From: Tubiluchus corallicola
Taxonomy: Eukaryota > Animalia > Priapulida
Assembly: GCA_030141605.1 (NCBI GenBank)
Contig: JAQGDQ010000269.1
Location: 62,001 to 126,000, forward strand
Length of the DNA stretch: 64,000 nucleotides
Reading direction: 5' to 3'
Part shown: piece by piece, positions 1-20,400 of the stretch
How the letters are laid out: every line of letters starts with the position of its first letter
Numbering within the stretch: position 1 is the first letter of the stretch
Made by a program: the position numbers and the translations under genes
The notes under the pieces: generated by a model
Told to the model about the DNA's origin: nothing
Seen by the model: the letters and a program-made list of their open reading frames with translations, nothing else
Database searches by the model: none

Positions 1-1084
1 GCCCCAATATTAAGCTGTTACATTACATAACTTACATTTTAATTGGTGCGTGATTCTAGAATGCAATAAGCAATTGTCCTTTAAAATAAAATTAGTGTGT
101 AGCGTTTGCGTATAACTAAACCCTGAATCTTTTCAATAAACTGTACTGAGATGAAACAAGCTAAGTCACAGTTTTGTAAATAATTAAGTTTTCTATTATG
201 ATAATCTGTGACTTCCAATAGTTTAATAGTTATTAATAATTGAAAACCTTGAATGCGGTGAATAATACAGTATCAATAAAAAATTTAAAAAAAATTAAAT
301 TATTATTGTTATGTAAGTGCATCATGCTTCCAATAATTAAGTAGACTTGTTAAGAAATTGCAGTATTCTGCATTCAGGAGTACTAAATGACATCATGTCA
401 TACCTAAAATTAATAGTATAGTCTAAAGTCACCTTGAACATAAATACTTCGTAGTTTCTGATTGTCCTGTTCTATTTATCTGTGATATTGATTTTCAAAA
501 TACCTGTACAATCGTCATATTAAAACAGTAAACTGAGTAAAGGCTAAACAATTCACTTTTTTATACGCTCACAATAGTAATATTATAGTGACAGTGATGT
601 GTTACGATCGATTATTTGAAGTTAAGCACGAGTTTTTCTTTTTTCAAGTTAGTCTCGACATTTACATAAGTTGAGACTAATTTTGCTGGTTCCTAATCAA
701 TTTTTGTTCATAAATTTTTCTTGTGCGGTTCTTAAAGTTTGGGAAATTTTTATTTATATGACAAAACAGGTTATGTCTTAAATCATTATAAAGTTACATT
801 CAAGAATTAAACGTTTTTCAACCTCAGTGGGGTTTTGGTTGTTACAGAGGAAGTGGCATAGACTATTGTTAATGGAGATTTTAGGTTTGGTGTGTCAGCC
901 TTTCTCGATGAGTTGTTTAGCTGATTCTTTTCGTTAATATTTTAACTCGTTTCTTTGGTCACGTTTTCCTTCCTGTGACTGGAAGAAATGTCCGTAGTTA
1001 TGAAATACAGTTTGTGTGAAAATTTTATGTCCCTTGAAGGTTAATTTTGGTTGAAAAGAACAGTCATGCTAGGCGAGATTACGT

Positions 1085-1130
1085 TACATTAGATTAGCTT
1101 AGGTTAGGTTACGTTAGGTTAAGCTAGGCT
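1085..1130 (+). repeat. Degenerate (TTAGG)n-like tract, probably part of a DNA-element fragment
   Basis: ttagattagcttaggttaggttacgttaggttaagctagg. Confidence 0.5.
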
Positions 1131-2835
1131 CACGTACATTTGCCACTTTGGCTCCACTTAGGGAACGCTACGTAGTTCATCTGAGTTCAACTCGTTAGGA
1201 TCCCGGCCTTTGGACATGACAACGTACTCGCCGCGCTTCGCTCTCCATTACTAAGTTTTTTCTATACTCGCGTGCCTTTGGCGGTGAAGCGAGAGAAATG
1301 TGGTACCCTTGTTAATCACCCGCCTTCTAAGCATTTTCAAAAGTATTTTACAAGTTTATGCTGAATAACTTAATATGACAATAATAATTTTTGTTTCACA
1401 ATAAATTTTATTAGGCAAACTGCTATTTGATAATCACAGTATGATAATGTAAGTAACTGCATAGCATTCATAGTTGTTATAATACAAAAATATAATAACA
1501 AAAATTTTACGTCGTAATCCTCATGGTGAGCTCTTGGCTCTTGCTTATTATTAGATACATACAATAGTTCTTTCGTAGATGGCAGCACAAGTGTTGTGAA
1601 TAAACTAAAGTGCAAAAACAAGTGACATGATGCATTTATTACACATTGCACAGTAAAAGATACAATTTACATAACATTGACGCTTCCATGTTACCAATCT
1701 ACATAACATTATTATAAGAAAAATCAAACTAACGCTAAAGCTTATAATTGTACTTACACCTTAGCGTTTTACTGCTAAACGAAACTTTAACGCTATGCTT
1801 GTTTTCGTAGAAAAATAATTACGATATAAAGTAGGAAATAAACTCTGTAAAAATAAAATTTATGCTGAAAATGATGAACATTTTAAAAATTAATCTATCT
1901 CTATGATCTTATAATGTCATAAAGAAAATAAGAATGTGTAAAAGCATATTGACTAGCATGTTGACTAGGTCAACTTATGACAAGTTTGTGCGCCCAGGTA
2001 GGCTACCTATGTATTATTTTCATCAATACACAATACTTAAGTATATCTGATAAACCGATTTAATTTTTATTGCTATAAATAGTGATAATAATGAAAAAAA
2101 TCCTACAAGAAAGGAAGAAAAGCACAACATTTCAAACTATACCACTGCAGTTTATCTTCAGGTGAAAAAAAGATCACAAAGAATTACCAATACTGATATT
2201 CTGGTTTTTTTTATTTGATAATGTTAACACATAAAGCTGTCACAGCGACAGCAATCATGTAGAAAAAACGGCTGAAGTACAGCATCAGTTCCTCTTGTGT
2301 CACATTCTGTCTTGTTACCAGTGAATTTGTACTTCTGTTATTTTCCTGTTTTTTTACTTACTTTGCATATTTTTCTTAAGTAATTGCATTGCACTCTTTA
2401 AGTGTGACATATTTATATATTATTAAAAAAACTCCCTGAAAAATTAGTATCACTAGTTCTATGATCTTTTTTACTTTTTCACCTGAAGGTAACTTTTTGT
2501 CTTTTTCATTAATTTAAATGTAAATAGTTTTTTTATTTATTACGTGTATTTTCGAAAAGTATGCCAAACTTCAGTAAATATCACTCTATAATTTACTTAG
2601 AGGCAGACCCACTGTACTGCCCTACATAGCTCCTACACAGACCTAGCTCTACATGAGTCTACACAGGCCTGGAGTACCTTTATATTTACTGCGTAGTAAA
2701 GGCCTATCATTTAGCGCCATCTACGGGTCACAAAAGAGCAAAGTGATGCGAGCATTACAATTCAGTGATTAAGCCTATTTTACAACAATTAATTAAATCA
2801 TTAACTTTATTTTTGAATGATTTCTTTCCAGTCCT

Positions 2836-3030
2836 CAGATAGGAGCCAAAATGTGAAAATTCGGGCAAATTACTCAGTCACACATGAGTAAACCGTATTG
2901 GGCCAGGCATAGTCAAGTGATAATTAGTCAAGCACCGTTCATGCCCACACATGAGCGTAATGAGTTACTGAATCTGTCATAGTCAAGTGATAAACATGGT
3001 CATGCTCGTGGATTTTAATCTGAATTCATT
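2836..3030 (+). repeat. Dispersed repeat family A, copy 1
   Basis: taggagccaaaatgtgaaaatt...gtcacacatgag...ccaggcatagtcaagtgataa...tctgaatt matches 58600-58830. Confidence 0.75.
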
Positions 3031-3682
3031 CAGTATTGTTATTTGTAAAGAAGTTTTGCTTTTGCTGTGCTCAATTGATTTTAGTTGCAGGAAATTAATC
3101 AGGCTTTTGCACTGAGCTGCTTGAATAGAATAAAAATAGGGATTACCCCTTTTTATATAAATTAACAATTTTACTTCTTCTAAAGGTAATTTAATTACTC
3201 TTCTTCGTAAGTGTATTAATTTCTCGGAAAATATACTCTTTGTAAATAAACCACCTCAGTTTTTTTTCTAAATAAATTACTCTTAATCACTTTGCAAAAA
3301 TTACTTTCATTCCTTTTGTAAATAAACTGGTTTAATTTCTTGAAGTAGTAATTAACTACACTTCTATAATAAATAGACTAGTTTAACTCCTCAAAAATAA
3401 TTAGATGTTGAACTTCTTTAATTCCTTGAAAAAAGTAACAATAGCTAAGCCTATAAAGTAGCTTATAAAGCCTATAAAGCCTATAAAGTACTTCAGTTAC
3501 TTGAAAATGCAGTTAACTACACTTCTTTGTAAATAAATTAGGGTAATTTCTTGAAAACAGTAACTATAGTTACTCTTGGATTAGCATAGTTGAATAATCA
3601 AGTGTAATCAAAAGCGGTTGATATAAAATAGTGTTTTTAAGCCCGACGGTCATTACAAATCGTGACGTCATGAATGACATCA

Positions 3683-10557
<6,875 letters not shown>

Positions 10558-10770
10558 GTCAGTTGCAAACGTTACTTTCCCGTAGCAGACGATGCTTCAC
10601 TAAAGTTGCCTCCTTCGTTTCTTCATCTTCCGCTGCTTCCAACACTGACACATTTCATTTGAAAAATAAGCAGTAGGTGGCAGCAGCGCAACAAGCCAAC
10701 TACAACAGAGCAAACACGTGAGAAATCTGTGTAGTGTTGATTGTTTCGCAAAAAGCAGTTTTAGGCAGTA
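10558..10770. promoter_or_regulatory. Putative bidirectional promoter of AK3 and PUM3, with a CTCF-like motif
   Basis: AK3 ATG at 10557 (-). A likely non-coding PUM3 first exon ends at a donor near 10768 (ggca|gtaatg), with an acceptor at 11356 (ttttcag). GCAGTAGGTGGCAGCA at about 10670-10685 resembles the CTCF core. Confidence 0.5.
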
Positions 10771-11420
10771 ATGTTTAATTTTTAGAACATACTAGTATTG
10801 TAAAGTCTTATTTTTAATCAATTTTATTAGTTCTTTGCTCTGTTTTATAAGAGCATTGTCTAAATTTGTTCTCTTAAACGTATAGCCCATTATTCCTGCA
10901 ATGACTATGTGACTAGTGTCTCTTTAAAAACAATTAAGATTTGCTGATTTTAACGGACTCTATTTGTAAACAAATTTACTTATAACAGTTTTGCAAATTG
11001 TAAATTTTCATGGGTTATCCAGAACAGCCAAATTATACGTGTAGTAGCCTCCTATTACTGTATTAGTCAATTTGTCGTTTTTATTTTTTGCTTTAACATT
11101 AATTTTTTATCATCACTCATTTTCATCATCTGTTTTATGGCCGTCAAATAAAAAGAACATGAATGTTGTACATCAGATTTATATGATTAGCTGCTTTTAA
11201 GTTTTATTATAAAATCTCAATTTGATGCTGATCTAGGTTAGGCTTCAACTCAGTTAGAAGCCTAGTCATTACCGTGATTGTGAATTTACCTGAAACATAG
11301 GGTCAGAAACCCATTTTCTAAACTAAATTAATGTATGTTTTTGAATTTATTTTCAGTAATAGTGACTGGTTTACAAAATAATTATTATCAGTGTGACTTG
11401 TGAACTAAAAAGCTAACATC

Positions 11421-14400
11421 ATGGTTGTCGAATCGACTGAAAAAGAAGTAATTAAGAAACAACAGCTGACTGAGAAGGCTGAATCGCTGATGAAGAAGAT
11501 CAAAGAGAAAAAGGAGCATCGACGAAAAGAAATTGAGAGAAAGAAACTTCAGAAAGCAATCAAGCTGAAGAAATTAGCCAAAAAATGGGATAAAGTTGAT
11601 AGAAGTGCACAGCCAGAAAAAATTGCCGAAAAGGCAAAGTCGCAAAAGTTGGTTAAAGGAGATCTAAAATCTGTTAAAGTAAATAATTTCCTTATAAAGA
11701 AGTACTTTTATTTTTGATTATCGTGCCAGTTTGTAACAATTGTTATCTTACCATGCCTATGTTTACTTCCAGTTTTTTTTGTTATTTAAATCTGGTCTAG
11801 AGTTTATTTAAAGAAAATGCCATTTACTCGGAACTTTTATTAACGTAATATGATTGATTATTAACCTATAGTTTCATTTTATGGGAGTTGCTTTCTTTTT
11901 AGTATGAAGATGCCTCCGTTCAGCAGACCAAGAAAACTGTTACTGAAACGACTTTAGGAGAAAAGAAAAAGAGAAAACAATCTGACGTTAGCGGGGATGA
12001 CGAAAATAGTATACCTAATATTCCCAATCTTTTCTCGTGATCAGAAAGTTTTAATATTGATTCTCAGGCACTTTTTTAAAATACTGTTTGTTTTATTTTT
12101 TTGCTACTTGGAGAGAGTTTTATCTTTCATAGATTGGTAAATGTACTCAGGTGCCGTACGTATTGCAGACAGATGCTAGAATCTGCTGCTTTATGACATA
12201 ACCCGACCACTTCGAAAGCACACGAGCAATTCTTTGCTGAAAACAATTGAAATATGGTCTGATTTATAGTGAGCCAAAATTAAATTGATCATTTTAAGTG
12301 CCAGATGAAGCATTATTTCCTGGTATTAAACTAAATTGTGCATTTTTATAAAGAAAGAAAATGTTTCTGGTGCCTGTGCATCACTTTTATGATTGCCACT
12401 ATATAGAAATTATATAAAAAAAACCAAGTTATCAAAACTATGTAAATTTCTAATTTTTCGTATTACCAAATTTTTTCATAACTTAGTTCTCAAGTTGCTT
12501 TTGTTGCTTAGCATGCTAAGCCCTGTAGGCCTGGTAAAATGATATGCTAACCCCTGTAGGCCTGGTAAAATGATATGCTAACCGCTGTAGGCCTGGTAAA
12601 ATGATATGCTAACCCCTGTAGGCCTGGTAAAATGATATGCTAACCCCTGTAGGCCTGATAAAATGATATGCTAACCCCTGTAGGCCTGGTAAAATGATAT
12701 GCTAACCCCTGTAGGCCTGGTAAAATGATATGCTAACCCCTGTAGGCCTGGTAAAATGATATGCTAACCCCTGTAGGCCTGATAAAATGATATGCTAACC
12801 ACTAGCTTCTATCATCACCCTTTTACGGATGTTAACGATAACGCTACGTATCGATACTTATTGCTCACCTTTATAAAATCGCTTCACTTTTCTTTTCTAT
12901 TTATTTGCAGTAGTTATCCAAAGAAGTGGATAAAAATAATTATTTAGAAATATAAGCTTCTCAGACGCTGACTCATTTTCTTGTACTTTCGCCTGGCAAT
13001 AACGGCTATCTTCATTCTGAATTATACTGACAAAGTACTATATAGAGATCTCTTTATATACTTTGATACTGATGTACAGATGACAATGACACTGTACCGT
13101 ATTTTGAGTGTCACTCTCCCGGTCATGTGCAGCTTGCATAGATAAATATATTTATTGCAGTAATACGTTTATCTGCGGCAGCTTACTTGTTTATAATTAT
13201 TATGACAAAGAAACATGTGTTTCATAACTAACCATTTAAGTAGGCAGCATTGAATGCACTGAAGCACGTAATAATTTTAGTTATTAATGATACCTTTTCT
13301 ATTATTGTCTAGCTTTGGTATCGTTTTCATCGTTCAAAATGATTTATCACATCGTATTGTCTATAAAATAGCTGATCGTTGTCGTATCCTTGAAAAAATG
13401 TCGCATCGTATTGTTATTGTATCACCAAGTTTGTATCATTTAACTTCCCTACACTCTTTATCAACAGCTATTTAGATTTGTACAATTAGAAAACCCTTAT
13501 TTGCAACGCGTTGTAAGTTATGAGTAACTCATAATTGCTTAGTTTATGGCAATCTGGCAAATTTGTTCAAGGAACATTTGGAGCTAACATAACCTGATAG
13601 TTATTGACGCTAACAAGCTTCTGCTCAACCCTTGCAGGTAAAAAGATAAAGATCGATAAATCGAATTTGCATCAGCTGAAGAAGAAGCAGCGCAAAGTTG
13701 TTTACAAGCAGATGGACAATAGCAACTATGAATTGATTCAAAAAAGCAAGAAAATTTGGGAGGAATTAAGACAGTAAGTTTACATTTCATGATACAATTA
13801 ATTATAGATTTTTATAGTGAAGAAATGAGCAGCCATCCCTATTGTCAGTGCTTAGGTTTAAGTTTGGCACGTCTAGCGGTGCACGAAGAGCAACTTCGTT
13901 CTGACATGCAACTTTCACAAACAGTAAAAACAAGCCATGCACACTGTTAGCAATACAAACTACATAAGACGGTATAGTGTGTAGTTTTCTATCTGGAAGG
14001 TCGTGAGTTTGATACAGCGGCGGGGTCATACCATAGACTTTGAAAATGGTGCCTGCTGTTGTCCCGCATGGCACGTGGTATTTAGGGTAAAAGTGGGGTA
14101 ATAATAATCTCTGTTATGTAGTTGTAGTTTGTTAGTTACAGCTAGCGTTAAAAGCCTCTTGGCAGGCTTGTGTTGTGTCTCTTGAATTTAAAGCCAACTT
14201 TAAATAAAGTTATTGTTGTTATTATTATTATTATTATTATTATTGTTGTGACTATTATTATTAGCAGTTTCAATGGGTACATGTTCACAGTGACATTTTG
14301 CTCGTAAACAAAGCCATGTTACTTAATGTCATATATTGGGAAGCAGTAGCCATGTACCATTTTTACACATGAAAATAAAACGTGAGTGAAACTGTAACTG

Positions 14401-17400
14401 TCTGTTTAAACTAACTTTAGCAGGGTATATTGTTTTTTATTGTTTTTCTGACTGACTACTCCTAACACTGGATGCTAACACTAGTGAGTGTACATCTGTA
14501 CCCGTGCTGAATTGATGTCTTGTGCAAATAAAGGGGACCTGTTCAGTCCATGTCATTTCATTTATAAGTGTAACTCACATTTTGGGATGGTTTCCTGGTG
14601 CCTCAACTGATGACCCCGTTCCTTTGGTGGTAATTTTGTATGTGTTTAGTGTTGTAGATTTTATGATTTGTTGTTGTTTTTCTTTTTGTTGTTTGTGTGT
14701 GATGCTGACAGTTGATGTCGTTTGAGTTTAATTACCATTTGTAAATTGCATGTAAATGTTAAACTATGTTCTGGTATAACTAGGAAACTTATTGCTGGCA
14801 AACGTTTAGGATAACTGTGCAGTCACTGCTCCAACTTTTACCGAGGCTTTGAGGACAAGGACTTTGAAGCCCAGGAAGCCAAGTCCTGAGGAAAAAGAGA
14901 CCCAGTGACACATATTTAACTTGCACTCTAATAAAAGTTATCAATCCTTTATCGCTGAAGTAAAGAGTGACAGTGTTTCCAGGTGTTTGCTAAACAATCA
15001 TTTATTTGTATTACCATCATAGCACCTGTTCTGTAGACACAACCTGCACGAGGGACACAGGACAAATAAATAGCAAATTATTTCTGTGATTGTTTATTGT
15101 TTTAGCATTTTACTCTATGGCATATTTATGTAGCCGATATGCAATACTCATCTGCAGAAAGTTTATCATGATTCTGGCATTGAACCCGGATCACGTAGCA
15201 TCCAAAATATGAAAGAACAAACCGACCAGGGAAGTGATCAATCAGACCCCTGGGCGGCAAGGACCCAGCTTTGCAAACAATCATTAATTTGTATTACTCC
15301 TAAAGGGCTAAATGCCTGCCATTGTTATCATTACCAACAGCAAATTTTTTTTAAAACTTGCAGGCATGATTTAACCGTGGAGAAGCGTGTTAAACTGTGT
15401 CAACAACTTTACGAATTGATCAAAGGCAAAGCAGAGAAGGTATGGAAAATAACAAGGTCTTGTACCTGTGGTAAATTTCCTAATAATTAACAATTGTTGC
15501 TTTTTCGCTAATGTAAGTATTATTTAGTAAACAAAGTCAAAGTTTATGTTTTTATTTAAGCACTTTGGAAAGCCACAAGTGCCATTGCAGTTACAAGAGA
15601 GTTTATTGAGTACAAATGCAAGTTTTTGTTCAAATTAATTCTAAGCACGTGAAATTTTTATGCAGCTTTTCGTGTATAAGTGTCCATTATGGCGGAGACA
15701 GACACCTATCCTGTGAAATTTTATTAACTAAAATGCTTAATTTTTGCATTATTATCCAGTTTACTTCATACTTTCATGCTTTTATGTAGGTGTTTTATAT
15801 ATTTCTGGTACTAAAAGTCAAGGTTGCAAAAGTTCCTCAATTTTAGAAAGTAGTTGCTGTTCCTAGTTCTCTGGCAAGAAAAGAAACTAATTCCAGTTCT
15901 CAGTTCCTCCATGACGAAGGGAACTAATTCAAGTTCCTAGTTCCTCTAACTTTTCAGAAAAGGAACTAGTTCCAGTTCTCAGTTCCTCCATGACAAAGGG
16001 AACTAATTCAAGTTCCTAGTTCCTCTAACTGTTCAGAAAGGGAACTAGTTCCAGTTCCAACTTCCTTTACACCAAAGGAAACTTAGTTCATTTCCCATTT
16101 ACTGCATTACATTCTTTCCATTATGGACAGAATAATCTATGGTAGATGACCCTAAAGTAGCTGACGCCTCTTAAATATTTCTGAAATATATCAAAAATGT
16201 AGAAATTAGCAAAAGTTAGCTTTAGGTGGCCCTTGGAAAGGAAGTAGTACCAGCTCCAAATTCCATGATGTTACAATGAACTAGTTCCAGTTCCAAGCTC
16301 CTGTAAAAGGAACTAGTTTCAGGAATTTGTGCCATCAACTAAGCTGCTTTACAACCCTGCTGAAATTAGTCAACTTTTGCAATGTTCACATGCACTTAGT
16401 GTTTGTCTGTCAGTTTGTCAGGCTGAATAGCATAGGTATTTCACTTTTGACATGGTTCTTTTATTTTTCTGCAGCTTATTTTTGCTCATGATACTGTCCG
16501 TGTTTTTGAGTGTTTGGAGCAATATGGCACAAAGGACTACCGAACGGCAATCTTTAATGAACTACAAGGTAAGAAAACTTTAGGCATTTAGTTATGGGTT
16601 ATGGTAGATATGTGTTAATTAATGTGAGGGTATGAGACTGATCCAAACCTGTTATTTCTTTTAATTAAGAGTGCTTGAATGACTCATTTTGCTGTACTAG
16701 AGATGAACTGTTTTCTAATCAAATTAGTCTTTTGAATTTTTTACTTGTTTTCCTTGATTGATCCATTTCATGTACTTAACTTACTTCGTTTTTATGTCGT
16801 GTTCTTTATCTATACTGCATCGATATTTAAATCCCATCATTTTGACTCTGAGCAGCCTTATAGAAACCCTGTCTTATAACGATTCCTCAATTTACTGCAT
16901 GCTTTCATTGCTCTGTAAAGTATGCAAAGATGTTTACAACATGCTTGTTGCCATTTATCAAAATTACTGAACTAAAAAAACTGTCATTTTTAGGAAAATT
17001 ACTAGAAATGACAAAGTCGAAATACGCAAAGTTCTTCGTAAAAAAGGTGATTAAATACGGCACCAAAGAGCAACGTACAGCCATTCTAAGCAGTTGGAAG
17101 GGACAGGTATTTTGTTTAAACATTCTCTTAATATTGTTCACCTGCCTGCAAGGGGAACTGTTAAGGACTGCTTTTTGTGATTAAAGAAAAGCAGTGTAAC
17201 TCTGACTGAGGCCGATAGAATGAGATTAATAATTTAAACCCTTTATCGTATTTATGACTGGGATTTTCTCGTATCATGTTGCTGGCTATAGCATTATGTG
17301 TCGATCATTTGTTAGAGTGGCACATTAACCTCCTGATATTTAGATATCATGTGGAGTTTTCCACTCTGCTTTGTTCATTTTTTGTGGCGAACATGGTTGG

Positions 17401-20400
17401 TGAATTCGGTGTTTCCATAGCTCTTACTCGTCTGACAGCAAAATTGTTAGTATGGCATTTAATGATCTAGTAAATGCACTTAACTAGTGAATATGATAGT
17501 TTTTGATTAATTATGTGAGAGTGTAGAGTGAAGTTCAATTTAGGAATCCACATGTGTTAACTCTGCAGTAAAACTAAGAGCTGTGCACTACTTGCATGTA
17601 TTACATTTTTAAGCTAAATAACAGTCCTAAACTGCCTCTGCAAGAAGATTGCTGAACTAACAGGCATAATTTGATTTCTAAATGCGGGCAGAGAGCTTTC
17701 ATTTGAAATATAGATATGATTGATGGATGATATGGATGGTAATTTAAATTTTCTTTACTAAATTAAATTTTACATTTCAACAAGCAAAACAAATATTTTG
17801 AAGCCCTTTCCTTAGTGTTTTAACGTCAACAAACAAAGTTCCAAATTTTTTTTTGTTGCTTTATGTGTGTAAGGTGTTTTGCCTTGACAAGTTTATAGTT
17901 CTTTTGATCCGAGCTGTAAGACTGATTTTGTTGTTTCCTAGGTAACGAAGCTGGTGAAACATTCTCATGCTGCTGATGTTGTAGAATACTTTTATAACGA
18001 ATTTGCAAATGCCACTCAAAGACAACTTTTAGTGGGAGAGTTTTATGGGAGGGATTTTGCCTTGTTCCAGGTTTGTCCATTATTTCATCACTTTCATTAG
18101 TGCAGTTCTATATTCTCTAGTTTTTTTACCTTGTTGTTTTACAGCGTATTGCGCAGTGTAATTTTTTATATTTCATTGTCACTATGACTGTAAAGTCAGC
18201 AGCCAGGAGCAGTTTTCATAACCTAGCCATATTGGGGCATTTGAAATTGAGAACTTAAACAAACTGTTGCCATTCTATGGAATTTGCATAGACAGGGGTT
18301 GCGATATGTTTAAATCAAAATTTGTTGAAATAATAGTGCCTGTCTATTGAAATTGAGAACCAGTTAGATGCCGTTCTTACTAGTTTTCCTTATAAGGCAT
18401 TTTTCTTTGTCGGGATAATTAACAGGATCAGCAGTATTGTATTTTGTTAAAGAAACACTTATTGTCAGTGTGTATGGCAACCACTTATTCCAGCTTGAAC
18501 TAAAATGTTATTTTAGGAAGTTTCTTTAGAATACACGTATCATAAATTCCTCATCGTCACTCGGAGTGCAACCCAGCAGTGATATTCAAATATATTCTTT
18601 ATTTCTTGAAACCTTACCGAGGAATGCATGTTTTTCATTTTTATCTGATATTTTAACTTTTTTTTGCTGCATGGATAGACGCATGCAACACAGCAGTCAC
18701 TTGATGAAATTCTCAAGTTTGAACCAGCCAAAAAAGAAACATTGTTGAACCATCTGAAGGGACACTTGCTTCAGATGACAAATAAGTAGGTTGATATTAT
18801 TTCCGTATTCTTGCTCTTGAATGACTTGGCTTCATGTTATTGCTAAGCCAGCTTGAATTCACTAGTAAAACTGGAGATTTGGGACTTTAGCATGGTTGGT
18901 AAAGTTCCTCAGTTTTTCAGGAACTAGTTCCACGTTCCTCTTTGGCAACAGGTAAAGGTCTTTCGTGGTTTAAAATGTGGCGTAGAGAGCTACAGAAGAA
19001 TGAGGCACCTTGGCTGGGAAGTTTTTCATGTTTTTGACATAGTAGGGTCTACATCTTTTATCACCATGTTTTCACCTATTGTCAAGGCAAGTTGGCAACC
19101 ACAACATTAGCAAAAACCATTAACTAAGTCCTGGAGCAGGAAGTTTCGTAATCAGTGGCTCATGCTATGGGGTTATTTTAATGTCATGTTTAATACTATT
19201 CTGAGTTTTTTTTTTGTTGTGGACAGGCATCATACTTTCTCATTATAGTTGATTTATTTAATTGAAATTTCATTTTGAAATCAGTAAAGAATTTAATTGG
19301 TACAAATCTTACATAAAGCAATGGAGTTTGTTTTATATATAATGTCATATAATCAGTATCATATGATACACATGCTCTGAACTGCGAAGAAAGTAGAGGC
19401 ACTTAGGGCACCAACACACCTTAGCCCAGCGAGGATCAGGGGAACGTTTCATTCACTGCATTATTTTTCTGTTCATTATGCACAGAATAATCCGTGGTAA
19501 ATAGCCAGCACGTTTCAAAGCATTTCTGACAACAACAAAAAATGTTTGCTTTTATGTGAATCACCTAACTAAAATTGCAATTACATGTGTAAAAAATTGC
19601 AAAAGTTAACACCGAGTGGAACTTGGAAATGGAACTGACTTTAGTTTCAAGTTCTTCTGTGACAAAACCATAAATTCAAGTTCGTAGTTAAATTAATTTT
19701 TTGAAATGGGACCTACTTCCATTTCCAGGTTAGATTTTGCTATAGTTCCAGTTCCAAGTTCCTCAAAAAGAAACAGGTGTCAGGAAATTCATCCCATGAG
19801 CAAAATTCCTTTACACACCTGGAATATAGGCAACTATTGAATGTGCATAAGTTAAGTTATTTAAGTGAATTCTAAGTCAAAGTTATCCCAGGTTGTTACC
19901 TAGATTTTGTTTAAGCAAAATGCTACATGCGATGGCAGAAACAATACCCTAGTTTTCTTGATGTTTGTGTGGAAACCCTACGTAATGACAATTTTTTTAG
20001 CAAATATGAAATCCATTGTCATATAGATTAGTTGTTTTGCAGTTGTCTTACTATTTATGCATAGAGTTATGGAAAAGAATACTTCCACTGGAAAAAATGT
20101 CTTTCTTATCACTTACTATGTGTTATATTAATGACGAAACAATTTGAAATTACTTCTGACATTTTCTAATCTTGAACCGTAATTTCGGAACTTAAGAATG
20201 TTATTATTTTTCAGGCCAAACTGAATAGTTTAAATTAAATTTTCTGTAAAAATAACCACGTGTCTCATCCATTTCACCTACATTTAGTTATGTGCATAGT
20301 GTCACGTGACTGTTGTAGTTAAGTTATATGCACTAGGTTCATTTAACCTTTGACCTGCAACAACTGTGCATGAGCATAGTGAAGAGGCTTACTGGCAAAT

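Noticed and set aside
1085-1130. Interstitial arthropod-type telomere
   Set aside because: Only a few degenerate TTAGG units, more typical of transposon subterminal sequence.
12513-12800. 31-bp repeats as a CRISPR array
   Set aside because: Units are contiguous with no spacers, and the context is a eukaryotic intron.
13815-13906. Possible intronic C/D snoRNA in PUM3 (GTGAAGA...CTGA)
   Set aside because: The C box is imperfect, there is no convincing terminal stem, and I recognised no rRNA-complementary guide. A snoscan or Rfam search would settle it.
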